A stretch of DNA of 64,000 bases from Cyanophora paradoxa CCMP329 (lineage: Eukaryota > Plantae > Glaucophyta): contig QPMI01000134.1 of assembly GCA_004431415.1 (NCBI GenBank), forward strand, positions 46,871-110,870. The letters run 5' to 3'. This document shows positions 36,029-48,960 of the stretch, piece by piece. The notes under the pieces were generated by a model. It was not told the DNA's origin and searched no databases. It saw only the letters and a program-made list of their open reading frames with translations. Position numbers and translations under genes: made by a program. Within the stretch, counting starts at the first letter, position 1. Each line of letters begins with the position of its first letter.

Positions 36029-38401
36029 ACCCCGGGCACGCCGCCGGACCCGGCCCCTCCCCCTCTCCCTCCGAGACTCCGCGCCCGGAGGAGAGAGGGC
36101 GCCCGCCCCGTACCCCTCCCGCCGGCCCCTCTTCTTCTCGGGACCAGGGCCCGCCTCGCCACACCGTACCCCTTTGTCCCCAAACCCCCGCTTACCCCCC
36201 TCGCCTCGCCCCCCCCCCTCCCCCCTCGCCTCGCCCCCACGCCCTCGCCTCGCCCCCACGCCCTCGCCTCGCCCCCACGCCCTCGCCCCGCAGATCGCAG
36301 GCTTGTGGCGCCGGCCCCCCGCGCCTCCCGCAGGCCTCGCTGCCGCTCTCCCCCCGCCGCCCCCGGGCCGCCCCGGGCCGCTGTCTCGGGGCCATCTGAG
36401 CCGTCTGAGCCGTCTGAGCCGTCCCGCCCCGGCTCTCCCCGGCCGCCCCTCCCCCCCCCCTGCCTTTTCCTGTCCCTCTCGCTGTCCCCGCCCCGGCCCG
36501 CCTCTCGATCTACGCTCCACCTCTCTTCGCTCACTTCCGCCCGGCCCTCTTCGCTTTCAGCCCCCCTCGAGGCTCGCCCGTTTAGCTCCCGACCTCCCCA
36601 GCTGCAGTCCCACGCAGCCTTTCGGGATTTCCCCCCCAAGCTGCCTCGTCTCCGAGTCGGCGCCTCGACTGAATGTAGCGGATCCAGATCCTCCCACGGA
36701 ACCCCCCGGGCCCTCTAGATCCCCCCCCCCCACCCCCCTCCCCCCCCCCTCCACGCCGCCTCCGGATCCTGCACGGGCCCGGAGCCTCGGAGGCGACGCG
36801 ACTCCCTTGCTCTTTATTCTGTATACCGTACTATGTTCTTGTACATGTCCTTATTCCGAAGTTCTAGTTGTGTTTTAAGCCTATATATTCTAATCGCGCC
36901 TTGTAATTACTCTAGTTGTATTCTAGATCTGACTCCGGATCCGTGACAGCGCATGCCGCAGTGCAGCCTCGAGATCCGAGAGGTGAACCTGCGAAGCTCT
37001 CTGCCGCAGTGCCACAGCTCCACTGCGGCACTGCAATTGCTCTGCGCCGGTCCCGGGACGCTCATGACTCAGCCTGCAGCTGGGGGTGTGTGATCCGATC
37101 CACTGGCCATGGCCATGATCATCGGATGCTCAGCCTGGCAGCTGCAGCCTGGCAGCGGTCAGCTGCAGATCACGATCGCTGCCAGGCCGATCATGAGTCA
37201 TGAACACGATCCGATGCCATGATGATCAGCTGCAGCTGCAGCTCCGAGGCTCGGGATCCTCAGCTATTATTCTAGATATCGTTGACTGTTTCATGATCAT
37301 GATCATGATTAGCTGCATGCCCGGATAGCCCAGGTCGGCCTCGAGCTTGGAGGCTTCCCTTTCTTCCTTCCCTTCCTTCCAATAACACTTCGCGGACACT
37401 GTCCTGCCTACTTCCGCTTGGCGCCGGCGGGGGCGTCTTGCGGGCCACCTCCGAGCGGCTCGCCGGCCGCGTGGGGGCCGCCTCCTTCGGCGGCTCGGGC
37501 TCCGCTGGCTTGGCCGCCTCCGCCGGGGGCGCCGGCGGCGGCGGCGTCTCCGCGCCGGCTGCGACCGGACCGGAGGCGCGCGCGGTTAATTTAACATCTC
37601 GGTATACGTACTTGTAAATATTCGTGCATGTGTCGCATGCAAGATTATCGTGCATGCGGAGCTAGATAGTGCAGCCTTCGTGCTGCTAGTTGCTAGTGCA
37701 GCCTACGTGCTGCTAGGGCCGACGTCGGCGTCAGTACGCCTCGGCCACCGCTTATTATAGCTACTACGGGTACGCCGGGCCTGTCCGGGTACAGATCACT
37801 CTTAGGGATACACTGTTCTAGAGAATACTACAGAGCGATAGCGATCCCTCGCGATCCCACGCGTCCCGCCGAGCCCAGGGTCGGCAGGTCGCATCCCCGC
37901 GTGCCTACACACTAATCCCGCACGCGACAGGCGCCATCCTGCCGGGAACTGAATCTTGAAGGGTCGCATCTTGCGACACCAGGTCCGATCGCTGCGCCCC
38001 CGGCCTCGCCGCGCGTGCGCCGCGTCGCCAGTAGTGCGTAGTGTGTGTCCGCATCAGCCCACAGTAAGCGGAACGCATAGTTCCGCCGAAAAGTGGGAGC
38101 CGCGTTCCGGTATACGGTTCTGCGTGCTGCACGGGGCGATCCGTCGTCCTGAGCCTGACTGCTCGCCGGCTTCGTGCCGTGCCGCCGGCCTCGCGCCGAG
38201 CCGCCGAAGTTCCCCCGCAAGGGCAACTTTGAGCCATCGCCAATCCTAAGCCCGAGGGCCTGGATTGTGCACCGGTGTGCTGCGTAAGCAGCATATCGTC
38301 GCCTGTGAAGTCGGAATCTCGCGGTTCGCGCGAGATCCGGCATCAAAAGAGCTTCGTGCTCAAATTTGATCTGTATTGAAAGTGGTCTTTGAGTGCCCGC
38401 C

Positions 38402-39322
38402 ATGTCGCGGCTCCCAATGACTGTCACTGCGAGCATGCGCGAGTACATGATCGCTTCAAATGCGATCACTCCGGACTCCGGCATGTCCGTCCAGCAGCTC
38501 ACTGCTGAGGCGCCGGCGCGCGACGAGAAAGGGCACCTTATTGTGTCCCTGCTTCCCGCGCGGCCCACGCTGCAAGAAGTGGACGCTTGGCTCGGCCAGA
38601 TTGGCAACAGTGCGTCTCAGACGACGAAGTATGCCACCGAGCCCGAGCCGGGGCCCCAGGGCCCGAACTTCGCTAAGGTCGAGGCTCTCGCGGGCCACAT
38701 GCTTAGCAACATGGCCCGCGGGCCAATCTCCGACCTCATCGTGCGCCGCCGCGGGCACCTTGACTCGCTCAAGGCTACACTCGCGGAGAAGCGCACCCGT
38801 GTGGCCGTGCTGGAAGCCCTCGATGAGGAGGCGCGCACGAACGAGACCGACGGTGAACTGCTCCTCCTGCAGGACACGATCCGCCGCGTCGAGGCCGAGT
38901 TTAACGCCGGCCGGGACACGTACATGCGTGCGCCAGGCCTCAAGGCTTTCATTTTGGCGGCCGCCGCGAAGGGCCTGCCGTTTGAGTCTGAGAAGGCGAT
39001 CCTGGCCCCGTTCACCGGCGAGGACCCGCTGACGTGGCTTAACTGGATCAATCCGTACCTCTGGCACACGCTGCCGCAGGGGAAAACGTACGCGGAGCAC
39101 CTGCTCCACGTGCTCAAGAATGCTCTCGTGCGGCGTAAGACGGGCAACGACCCGCAGTACCGGAACTTCGACGTCCGGTCCTCAACCGTGGCTGAGCGCA
39201 ATCAGTACACGATGGAGCGCTTCCGCGACGAGCTGCAGGCTCAGATCGCGCGCCAGGGCGCCGCCCTCACGCCCCTTGGGGTTGAACAAAGTCATACGCC
39301 TCTCCAAGGGGGGAAGGAGTTA
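38402..39322 (+). CDS. Second copy of the gag-like ORF (1-bp insertion near the 3' end)
   Basis: Protein is identical to 16384-17304 up to QIARQGAA. Confidence 0.5.
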
Positions 39323-39602
39323 AGGAGGAGTACGCACGTCTCCGCCCTGGAAGCGGCCCCCTCCACAACCCCCCCCCCCCCCCCCCCCTCCCGCCCCCCG
39401 CTCTGTATTGGCTACATTAAGCCGTATTGGCGTATTGTTAATAGCCACGTTAAGCCACACACATATAAATATCTGTGGAACCTCAGGGGCCTATCATAAC
39501 TCGAAGCTGAATTGGAAAGTTACCCCATTGAATCAATATATAAACAGACCAACCAACCAGACGCTCCAACTGGCTTCTCTCCAACTTGGCCCGCTAGCGC
39601 GG

Positions 39603-39730
39603 CTAGCGCCGCAGCAGGTCGCGCAGGCCGGCGACGAGCTCGCCGGCCGCCGCGTCCGCCGCCGCCGCCCCCTCCCCGCGCTGCATCGTCCAGTTCACCG
39701 ACGCCAGCATCATCTGCCGCCGTCCGCGGA
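39603..39730 (-). pseudogene. Last exon of a second LRR-TIR2 copy, cut off by the insertion at 39731
   Basis: Identical to 17585-17712 (MMLASVNWTMQRGEG..LRDLLRR*). Confidence 0.9.
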
Positions 39731-42034
39731 CACTGGGAGTCGGATTCCTATTACACCCTGGGTGTATGACTATTACACCGAGTCCGCGCACCTATTACAC
39801 CGAGGGGTTCGCCCGGGCTGCCGCCCGACTGCACCAGGACGCGCTGATAAGGGTTAGGATCTCTCAGTTGCATGTTCACGCATCGGCCGACGGTCGGCCT
39901 TGCGTCCGGTGACTCGCTGGAGTGGTGAAAGACCACAGCCAGCGGACGGTCTTGAGCCACGTGGCGGAGCACCGCAGGAATCGTTTCGCCTGACTAAGTA
40001 GCTTGCTTCTAGTACTGTCGACAAGCTACAGACCTCCGGCCGGATTGGCCGGGTCGGTCGGCTCGGGTGCACGGATTTGAAGTGCCGCGCTTCGGAATTG
40101 CTACGGCTGATGTGCAGAACGGTTCTAGCGAAGCTATGGGCCTGGGCAAGCTCAAGCGGCCGTGCGCCGTGGGTCGCTCGTGGTCGGTGTGAGAAGGGTC
40201 GGAGTAATAGGAGAAGGAGTACAAAGATGTTGCAAACTGAACTTTTTTGCGGCTTCGAACCCTGGATACGCCGGCGGGCCACTAGTACTGGGGATCGTCG
40301 GGCTTCAACGCTGAATCCACTGCGTGGCTTCGACGGGATCTTCAGGTGCGCGGCGGCCGCGCTCGCGGATGCACACCTTTCAAACTCTTGTTGACAGCAG
40401 CAAGGCGAGGATATCATCATGTCATATTCCGCAAGCTTGAAGGCGACGAGATCATCATGAAGAGTTGCGGCGCGCAGAAGGGGTGGCGCGCACCCGTTGC
40501 CGCGCGCGAGCGTCTCCCCGGTTCGAGGTGCGTCCCCTCATCCACCTGCCACGCCTTGAATGTCGGTTCTTCTGAAAGATCTGACGCCAAAGATCTCATG
40601 GTTCGGGAGGGCAGGCGCTGATGGGCTGCTCGGCCTTCCTCGGCCTTCCTCGAGGACGGGTTGATCGAGATTTGAAGACGGGCCCTCGGAGTGCGTGTTG
40701 ATGAAGCAAGCAGATCCTCACTACGTCACACTACGGTCTTCCACTTCTTTCACTTCTTCTGGATACGGAGGCCCCTTTTCAGACCCCTTTCCAGAGGCGA
40801 TTGTTAAATGTCAATGGTGCAAAGAGCTCAGCAAGCTTCAGCTCTACGTAAGCATCTCGAGCTCAGCTCAAGGTCAGCAATGGCTGAAGCTCATGATCAT
40901 GTTGGAGAAAAATCGACATCAGTGGTGCGAAATTTCTGTAGTATAAGCTCGACCTTGAATTTGAGTATACGTACAAGAGTTTAACGAAAGGGACTTCCAG
41001 GTACTGCAACCGCTGCCGTCGTTGGGAGTTCGAGTTGTACATACTCAACAAAAAACACGAGCTCTACAGCTCCGTCCTCTTCAATTGCTTTGGTGATTCG
41101 TTCGTTGACGAAATTCCGTCGACGTACGCGTCGCGCGGGCGTCCCTTGCAGCGGTTCAGCAAAACGATGTGCACCGGCATTGCCTCTTCTTGGATTGATT
41201 TCTTCAATCGGTGCGTCCTTTTGAATATCCGCGGCGGCAGGCGAGGGCACCTTGTCCTTCTTGCCCGCTGCAGGTCGCCGAGGGCCCTACGTCCAAGTCA
41301 CCGAGGGGGGTGAGGGCGCGAGGCTCGTTCGGGAGGCCTTAGAGGGCGAACCTGGCCGGCCGGGTGCGTTCATCCGTATCTACTTATCAATATCAAGCTG
41401 AAAAGTCGATTAACTGCGCAGCCCCGTTCGTGCAGGACGGGAGCCTGGCGCTGTCGGCGCACTTCAGAAACGATCGTCGACGTCGGCGCAGTTATTCGAA
41501 GAGGTCATGGTCTGCAACTCGCCTTGACTTGCTGCCGTTTCCGGAGCTCGCGTTCACTTCCTCGACGACACGATCATCGACGTGAAAATCGGCATGGTCG
41601 ATTCCGGCATGCATGTGAGGACGAAGGACGGCGGAGGCCAACGGCTACTCGTGCCAAGCGGCCTCGAGGCTGGTGCAGGACTCCGAAAAGCTAAAGGAGG
41701 TCTTTATCGAGCTGCACGGCCCTCCACATGACATTGTGCGACCTCGAGCTCTTCGCCGTTTTACTCGATGTCGCGATCTAGATGTCGCGATCGTTCCGGA
41801 GAGCGATCTAGATGTCGCAATCGTTCCGGATCCGGCGTCAGCATAATCAGGGCGACCAATTAGAGCGGCGGCGGCGACGGCGCGGCTGCAGGGCGACGGC
41901 GGCGGCGTAGTTTCCCTATGGTAGATAGAGGTAAATGTAGCTTGTGTTTCTGGTAGTTCGGGTGTAGAAATTGCAAAGTGCTGTTTTTCACCACCGGAGC
42001 CAATAGACCTCTGCCACGCTTGATATTTATATTT

Positions 42035-42830
42035 GTCGAAAGCACCCTAAAGCGGGGCAGAGGCTCGTCTGGCCTTCCATTCTCGAAGGCGAGGTCCGAT
42101 GCCCCACTGGGCCAGGCCACCCAGTGACCGTCATTTCCGGGGAAGAGTGCCGGGCGAACATTTATCTTTCTTTTTCTGTTATTCAAGATGCTAATCATGT
42201 TCGAAAGCACCCTAGAGCGGAGCAGAGGCTCGTCTGGCCTCCCATTCTCGAGGACGAGGTCCGATGCCCCACCCAGTGACCGAGCCATCATTTCCGGGGA
42301 GGAGTGCCGGGCGAACATTTATCTTTCTTTTCTGTTAGTCAAGATGCTAATCATGTTCGAAAGCACCCTAGAGCGGAGCAGAGGCTCGTCTGGCCTTCCA
42401 TTCTCGAGGACGAGGTCCGATGCCCCACCCAGTGACCGAGCCATCATTTCCGGGGAGGAGTGCCGGGCGAACATTTATCTTTCTTTTTCTGTTAGTCAAG
42501 ATGCTAATCATGTTCGGAAGCACCCTAGAGCGGAGCAGAGGCTCGTCTGGCCTTCCATTCTCGAGGACGAGGTCCGATGCCCCACCCAGTGACCGAGCCA
42601 TCATTTCCGGGGAGGAGTGCCGGGCGAACATTTATCTTTCTTTTTCTGTTAGTCCAGATGCTAATCATGTTCGAAAGCACCCTAGAGCGGAGCAGAGGCT
42701 CGTCTGGCCTTCCATTCTCGAGGACGAGGTCCGATGCCCGACCCAGTGACCGAGCCATCATTTCCGGGGAGGAGTGCCGGGCGAACATTTATCTTTCTTT
42801 TTCTGTTAGTCAAGATGCAAGTCATGTTTG
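42035..42830. repeat. Tandem array of ~157-bp imperfect palindromic units (about 5), plus one unit at 43678-43850
   Basis: GAAAGCACCCTA recurs at ~42038, 42203, 42359, 42517 and 42673. Confidence 0.95.
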
Positions 42831-44709
42831 ATGTTTATTTTGTTCGTAATCAACCTTGAATGACTACGTGATACAGCCTCCCGATGTTGCGTGATTGTTC
42901 AGCACCCTTCGTCATCACTGCGTTTTGTGAATCAAAAAGAATGAAAATGAAATGATGAATGGTCTCGCCCTGAGATGTTGAAAATGTCCGCAAACGAGAG
43001 ACCTTTTCAAATAAAAAGAAATGCATGAAAACCCACATTGATGCCAAAACGTAAGCAAGACGGACCGGACGGCGCGGTACCAGGATCGTTTTCAACGAAC
43101 ACCTTTTATACTCCTCCGCCATCGTGTCCATGAACTTGCGCTCATCATCATCACCTTCCAAATCTTCGCAATGTTTCCAGTCGGAGACAGCACGCTCCGG
43201 CCTGAAGTCGACCTCTCGTGCGACAGACTCCATGAAAAACAAGACCCAAGGACCACAGTGGCTAGCGGCATCGGATCCGTGCTTGTCTTGAAGGACATTG
43301 TTTCGAATCTCGATCTTGTCTGTTTCGTCGACGATTGTAAAATCACGGAAAGCATCCACAAGCAACGTCTCCAATGCGTTTTCAATCGGGTCTTGCAGCG
43401 AGTCAAACCAGCGAATCCGCCTTGAACGGAAGTCGAAGACGAGAAGACACCAGTGTTGCCAGGCTGTGGATGCGTACAAGCCTTTCCAGACTACAATCGG
43501 CAAGAAACATAGCTTCCACTTTCCACCGATGTTGTCAATGACACTGCGGCTGATTGCAGGGTCTCGATTTGCGAGCGCTTCCATTATCGAAAGCGCATCA
43601 TCGATAGAGAGCGCCCATAGAAGAGCGACGTCCCCGTGCGCAATCAAATCCTTCAAAAGATGGGCTGCAGCGAAGTCTGTTAGTCCAGATGCTAATCATG
43701 TTCGAAAGCACCCTAGAGCGGAGCAGAGGCTCGTCTGGCCTTCCATTCTCGAGGACGAGGTCCGATGCCCGACCCAGTGACCGAGCCATCATTTCCGGGG
43801 AGGAGTGCCGGGCGAACATTTATCTTTCTTTTTCTGTTAGTCAAGATGCAAGTCATGTTTGATGTTTATTTTGTTCGTAATCAACCTTGAATGACTACGT
43901 GATACAGCCTCCCGATGTTGCGTGATTGTTCAGCACCCTTCGTCATCACTGCGTTTTGTGAATCAAAAAGAATGAAAATGAAATGATGAATGGTCTCGCC
44001 CTGAGATGTTGAAAATGTCCGCAAACGAGAGACCTTTTCAAATAAAAAGAAATGCATGAAAACCCACATTGATGCCAAAACGTAAGCAAGACGGACCGGA
44101 CGGCGCGGTACCAGGATCGTTTTCAACGAACACCTTTTTATACTCCTCCGCCATCGTGTCCATGAACTTGCGCTCATCATCATCACCTTCCAAATCTTCG
44201 CAATGTTTCCAGTCGGAGACAGCACGCTCCGGCCTGAAGTCGACCTCTCGTGCGACAGACTCCATGAAAAACAAGACCCAAGGACCACAGTGGCTAGCGG
44301 CATCGGATCCGTGCTTGTCTTGAAGGACATTGTTTCGAATCTCGATCTTGTCTGTTTCGTCGACGATTGTAAAATCACGGAAAGCATCCACAAGCAACGT
44401 CTCCAATGCGTTTTCAATCGGGTCTTGCAGCGAGTCAAACCAGCGAATCCGCCTTGAACGGAAGTCGAAGACGAGAAGACACCAGTGTTGCCAGGCTGTG
44501 GATGCGTACAAGCCTTTCCAGACTACAATCGGCAAGAAACATAGCTTCCACTTTCCACCGATGTTGTCAATGACACTGCGGCTGATTGCAGGGTCTCGAT
44601 TTGCGAGCGCTTCCATTATCGAAAGCGCATCATCGATAGAGAGCGCCCATAGAAGAGCGACGTCCCCGTGCGCAATCAAATCCTTCAAAAGATGGGCTGC
44701 AGCGAAGTC
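42647..44709. repeat. Direct tandem duplication of ~1031 bp (Ulp1 exon plus one repeat unit)
   Basis: 42647-43677 equals 43678-44709 apart from one T. The junction is GCGAAGTC|TGTTAGTCC. Confidence 0.95.
43070..43677 (-). pseudogene. 5'-truncated duplicate of the Ulp1 protease exon
   Basis: Same sequence as the exon at ~44100-44709, lacking the upstream exons, with a 1-bp deletion at the EYKK codons. Confidence 0.8.
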
Positions 44710-45130
44710 CAAATGGCAGTCCTAACCAAGACGAAAGTTAAATGCAGCCAAAAAGAAGCATTGCCGCAAATATTTTGCTGCCCGCACCGTATAACAAGAA
44801 TTGGAACCTTCCGGGAGTCCGTCGTGCGGAAACTCATCCACAAAGCGTTTGGAGTATATGGTGCCAAATGGAGCCCGATCTCGCTGGCGGTTTGGAGTAT
44901 ATTGAACCAACTGGAGCCCGAAAGGACAACGATTGGCAGGTCCCCGCGCTCCAGTCTGCTCATCTAGGCAACGAATACACAACCTGCGCGCGGATCGCAG
45001 TCACAAAGAGCTGCGTACGCGGTCAACCTGGCGGGCGAACCCTTCGTCACATCTCTCGCATTTCAGCACCGCAGCGTTCGAATTCGTGACGCCGCAGACG
45101 GAGCAAGACACCTCTGGAGTTCGCTGCGCG
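44038..45130 (-). CDS. Zn-finger (RING/PHD-like) plus Ulp1/C48 SUMO-type cysteine protease, spliced (ends approximate)
   Basis: Removing intron 44984-45040 gives CSVC-x11-CERC-x4-CIRC..RCPF. The protease part reads YTDCHLDFA..CFLPIV..QHWCLLVFDFRSRRIRWFDSL..LQDKHGSDAASHCGPWV, with the H, D, Q and C catalytic pattern of Ulp1. Confidence 0.85.
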
Positions 45131-45569
45131 TGCACGGGAGAAGCGCGTTAGGAGAAGAGCACGGGAGAAGCGCGTTAGGGAGTTGTGCAGACCGCGCAAT
45201 CTCGGAATGTGTGCTGTTGTGCATGCTGCATCTGTTGATAAGGACGACCCGTACGCGTTGAAGTCGACAGTGATTAGGGGGGTACACACTGAAACCGATT
45301 TGAAAGCCGGCAGCGACGGTAGAAACCGTAGAAAGCCGGCAGCGCGTAGGATCGTGTAGAGTAACTAAGACTTACTTCCAATGCAGCTCCGCGATCGGGC
45401 GAAGCGAAAGTGAGCGTGCTGCTGCCTCTAGATCTGTTCCTCTATCTCTTGTGCCAAAAACGCTGAACAACGCTCACGTGCACGCTCGGGGGGCGCGGAA
45501 ACTCGGGGGGTGGGGGTGGGGGGCGGGGGGGGTCAGACTAGTCCCAGCCTCGCTTTAGAGTGCTTTTGA

Positions 45570-48200
45570 CATTTACAATATATATATATATATAGCTGTT
45601 CATCAAGGTAGAAAGCACCATTAACCGGGGCAGGGGCTCGGCTTGCCTCAATGCCCCACCCAGCGACCGAGCCATCATTTCTGAGAAGAGTGCGGGGCGA
45701 ACGTTTTTCTTCCATTTTCGATTAGTCGTACATCAATGTAGAAAGCACCCTAAACCGGGGCAGGGGCTCGGCTGGCCTTCCATTTTCGCGGACGAAGTTG
45801 ACACTTTCGAGTTGAAATTCGGAAGAAACTGATGGCTGGCTGGCAGAGCTTGACCTCCTTGCGCAAGTCCCCGTCAAGGGCGGCCCATCGCTCGGAGATG
45901 ATAAGGGCAATAGCTTTGTGTGTCTGCCGAGTGAGCTTTCCCTCGCCGATGTAGAAGCCAACGCAGTCTTACAATATATATATAGCTGTTCATCAAGGTA
46001 GAAAGCACCATTAACCGGGCAGGGGCTCGGCTTGCCTCAATGCCCCCCCAGCGACCGAGCCATCATTTCTGAGAAGAGTGCGGGGCGAACGTTTTTCTTC
46101 CATTTTCGATTAGTCGTACATCAATGTAGAAAGCACCCTAAACCGGGGCAGGGCTCGGCTGGCCTTCCATTTTCGCGGACGAAGTTGACACTTTCGAGTT
46201 GAAATTCGGAAGAAACTGATGGCTGGCTGGCAGAGCTTGACCTCCTTGCGCAAGTCCCCGTCAAGGGCGGCCCATCGCTCGGAGATGATAAGGGCAATAG
46301 CTTTGTGTGTCTGCCGAGTGAGCTTTCCCTCGCCGATGTAGAAGCCAACGCAGTCTTACAATATATATATAGCTGTTCATCAAGGTAGAAAGCACCATTA
46401 ACCGGGGCAGGGGCTCGGCTTGCCTCAATGCCCCCCCCAGCGACCGAGCCATCATTTCTGAGAAGAGTGCGGGGCGAACGTTTTTCTTCCATTTTCGATT
46501 AGTCGTACATCAATGTAGAAAGCACCCTAAACCGGGGCAGGGGCTCGGCTGGCCTTCCATTTTCGCGGACGAAGTTGACACTTTCGAGTTGAAATTCGGA
46601 AGAAACTGATGGCTGGCTGGCAGAGCTTGACCTCCTTGCGCAAGTCCCCGTCAAGGGCGGCCCATCGCTCGGAGATGATAAGGGCAATAGCTTTGTGTGT
46701 CTGCCGAGTGAGCTTTCCCTCGCCGATGTAGAAGCCAACGCAGTCTTACAATATATATATAGCTGTTCATCAAGGTAGAAAGCACCATTAACCGGGGCAG
46801 GGGCTCGGCTTGCCTCAATGCTCCACCCAGCGACCGAGCCATCATTTCCGAGAAGAGTGCGGGGCGCTCGTTTATCGTCCTTTTTCTAAAAGTCGTGATG
46901 GCTATCATATTCGCGGAGCAGAGGCTTGGTTGCCCTTCCATTTTCTAGGAAGACGGCCGATGCCCCCCCCAGCGACCGAGCCATCATTTCTGAGAAGAGT
47001 GCGGGGCGAACGTTTTTCTTCCATTTTCTATTAGTCGTACATCAATGTAGAAAGCACCCTAAACCGGGGCAGGGGCTCGGCTGGCCTTCCATTTTCGCGG
47101 ACGAAGTTGACACTTTCGAGTTGAAATTCGGAAGAAACTGATGGCTGGCTGGCAGAGCTTGACCTCCTTGCGCAAGTCCCCGTCAAGGGCGGCCCATCGC
47201 TCGGAGATGATAAGGGCAATAGCTTTGTGTGTCTGCCGAGTGAGCTTTCCCTCGCCGATGTAGAAGCCAACGCAGTCTTACAATATATATATAGCTGTTC
47301 ATCAAGGTAGAAAGCACCATTAACCGGGGCAGGGGCTCGGCTTGCCTCAATGCCCCCCCCAGCGACCGAGCCATCATTTCTGAGAAGAGTGCGGGGCGAA
47401 CGTTTTTCTTCCATTTTCGATTAGTCGTACATCAATGTAGAAAGCACCCTAAACCGGGGCAGGGGCTCGGCTGGCCTTCCATTTTCGCGGACGAAGTTGA
47501 CACTTTCGAGTTGAAATTCGGAAGAAACTGATGGCTGGCTGGCAGAGCTTGACCTCCTTGCGCAAGTCCCCGTCAAGGGCGGCCCATCGCTCGGAGATGA
47601 TAAGGGCAATAGCTTTGTGTGTCTGCCGAGTGAGCTTTCCCTCGCCGATGTAGAAGCCAACGCAGTCTTACAATATATATATAGCTGTTCATCAAGGTAG
47701 AAAGCACCATTAACCGGGGCAGGGGCTCGGCTTGCCTCAATGCTCCACCCAGCGACCGAGCCATCATTTCCGAGAAGAGTGCGGGGCGCTCGTTTATCGT
47801 CCTTTTTCTAAAAGTCGTGATGGCTATCATATTCGCGGAGCAGAGGCTTGGTTGCCCTTCCATTTTCTAGGAAGACGGCCGATGCCCCCCCCAGCGACCG
47901 AGCCATCATTTCTGAGAAGAGTGCGGGGCGAACGTTTTTCTTCCATTTTCTATTAGTCGTACATCAATGTAGAAAGCACCCTAAACCGGGGCAGGGGCTC
48001 GGCTGGCCTTCCATTTTCGCGGACGAAGTTGACGCTTTCGAGTTGAAATTCGGAAGAAACTGATGGCTGGCTGGCAGAGCTTGACCTCCTTGCGCAAGTC
48101 CCCGTCAAGGGCGGCCCATCGCTCGGAGATGATAAGGGCAATAGCTTTGTGTGTCTGCCGAGTGAGCTTTCCCTCGCCGATGTAGAAGCCAACGCAGTCT
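45570..48200. repeat. Higher-order tandem repeat of ~389-bp (A) and ~533-bp (B) units, order A-A-A-B-A-B
   Basis: TTACAATATATA recurs at ~45573, 45969, 46356, 46746, 47279 and 47668, and identical ORFs are offset by 922 bp. Units contain diverged relatives of the 157-bp unit plus a coding fragment. Confidence 0.93.
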
Positions 48201-48860
48201 TGCGCCGTTTGAAGGGCCTTAAAAAACGCCACGCCAGCCGCGTTCGTCAACTGTGACATACCCAATCAACGTACCTGTGACATAATCACCACATGATCAA
48301 CGTTAACGTACCTTGTCATTCTCGCCAACATTTACACCACGGATACAGAGCCCCGGAATTCCGAGAATCGGCAGGATGTACGCCTCAAACGAAGCGTCGT
48401 CCAAGCCCCAGCCGTGGCAGCGAAGAGCGCGCAATTGGCAGAGCTTACTGGCTTGCTTCGTGATGACCGCGAGCAGGCGCTGGAGCTAGAAGTATGTAGA
48501 GGTCAGCAAGGAGAAGCGCCGCGCAAGCTTGCATATGCATGCGCTGGCGTGCCTGATGCTCGGGAATGTCGGTTTTGTGACCAAGCAGCTGGATGGAGTC
48601 AAGTCCTTCTAGATCGTGCTCGGAAGCGATGCGATCGATCAGCTTGTCGAGCTCTTTGTTCGCACGCCAATCATTCCACTTCCCACTCGAGCTGTGCAGA
48701 TCGGCGAGGCTCAGGTCGTTGCTTTTCAGCAGCGCCAGCAGCGACGCCGTGCGCTCTGCAAGGCGATTCAAATTCAAAGCGCGGCAACTGCAGGCGCACA
48801 GTGCCACGCACCACGTCCCCACGATGATGTCCGCGTGACAAGATTCGGTTGCCACTGCGG
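47981..48860 (-). pseudogene. Degenerate spliced gene ending in an HMG-box-like helix; its 3' end seeded the 389-bp repeat
   Basis: THKAIALIISERWAALDGDLRKE resembles the HMG-box pattern isk.ige.W..l....k. Upstream exons are of unknown family. Confidence 0.4.
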
Positions 48861-48960
48861 CCGGTAGGCGGGCTCGTCGACGTCCATGCGGACGGTCTGT
48901 AAAGTACGGTACCCCAACAGCACAGACGGAGTCTGACGGACTTGTACGGTGCAGCTCTCA

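Larger units (their letters stand above)
28323..39730 (+). repeat. Near-identical direct segmental duplication of ~6904-17712
   Basis: The same ORFs recur at offsets of ~21.1-22.0 kb (7921/29343, 12925/34056, 16375/38393). Identity stops at CCGTCCGCGGA. Confidence 0.95.

Noticed and set aside
3416-36878. Hundreds of long Arg/Ala/Gly/Pro-rich ORFs in the track
   Set aside because: Shadow frames caused by very high GC. The real genes are spliced and recognisable only exon by exon.
39850-39858. Telomere-like AGGGTTAGG
   Set aside because: About one unit only, expected by chance.
42353-42474. Hammerhead or HDV ribozyme in the 157-bp unit
   Set aside because: No CUGANGA core on either strand, and I could not build the HDV double pseudoknot by eye.
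42035-48200. CRISPR array or integron attC cassettes
   Set aside because: The units are long and lack unique spacers. No cas or integrase is present, there is no proper RYYYAAC/GTTRRRY pair, and the context is eukaryotic.
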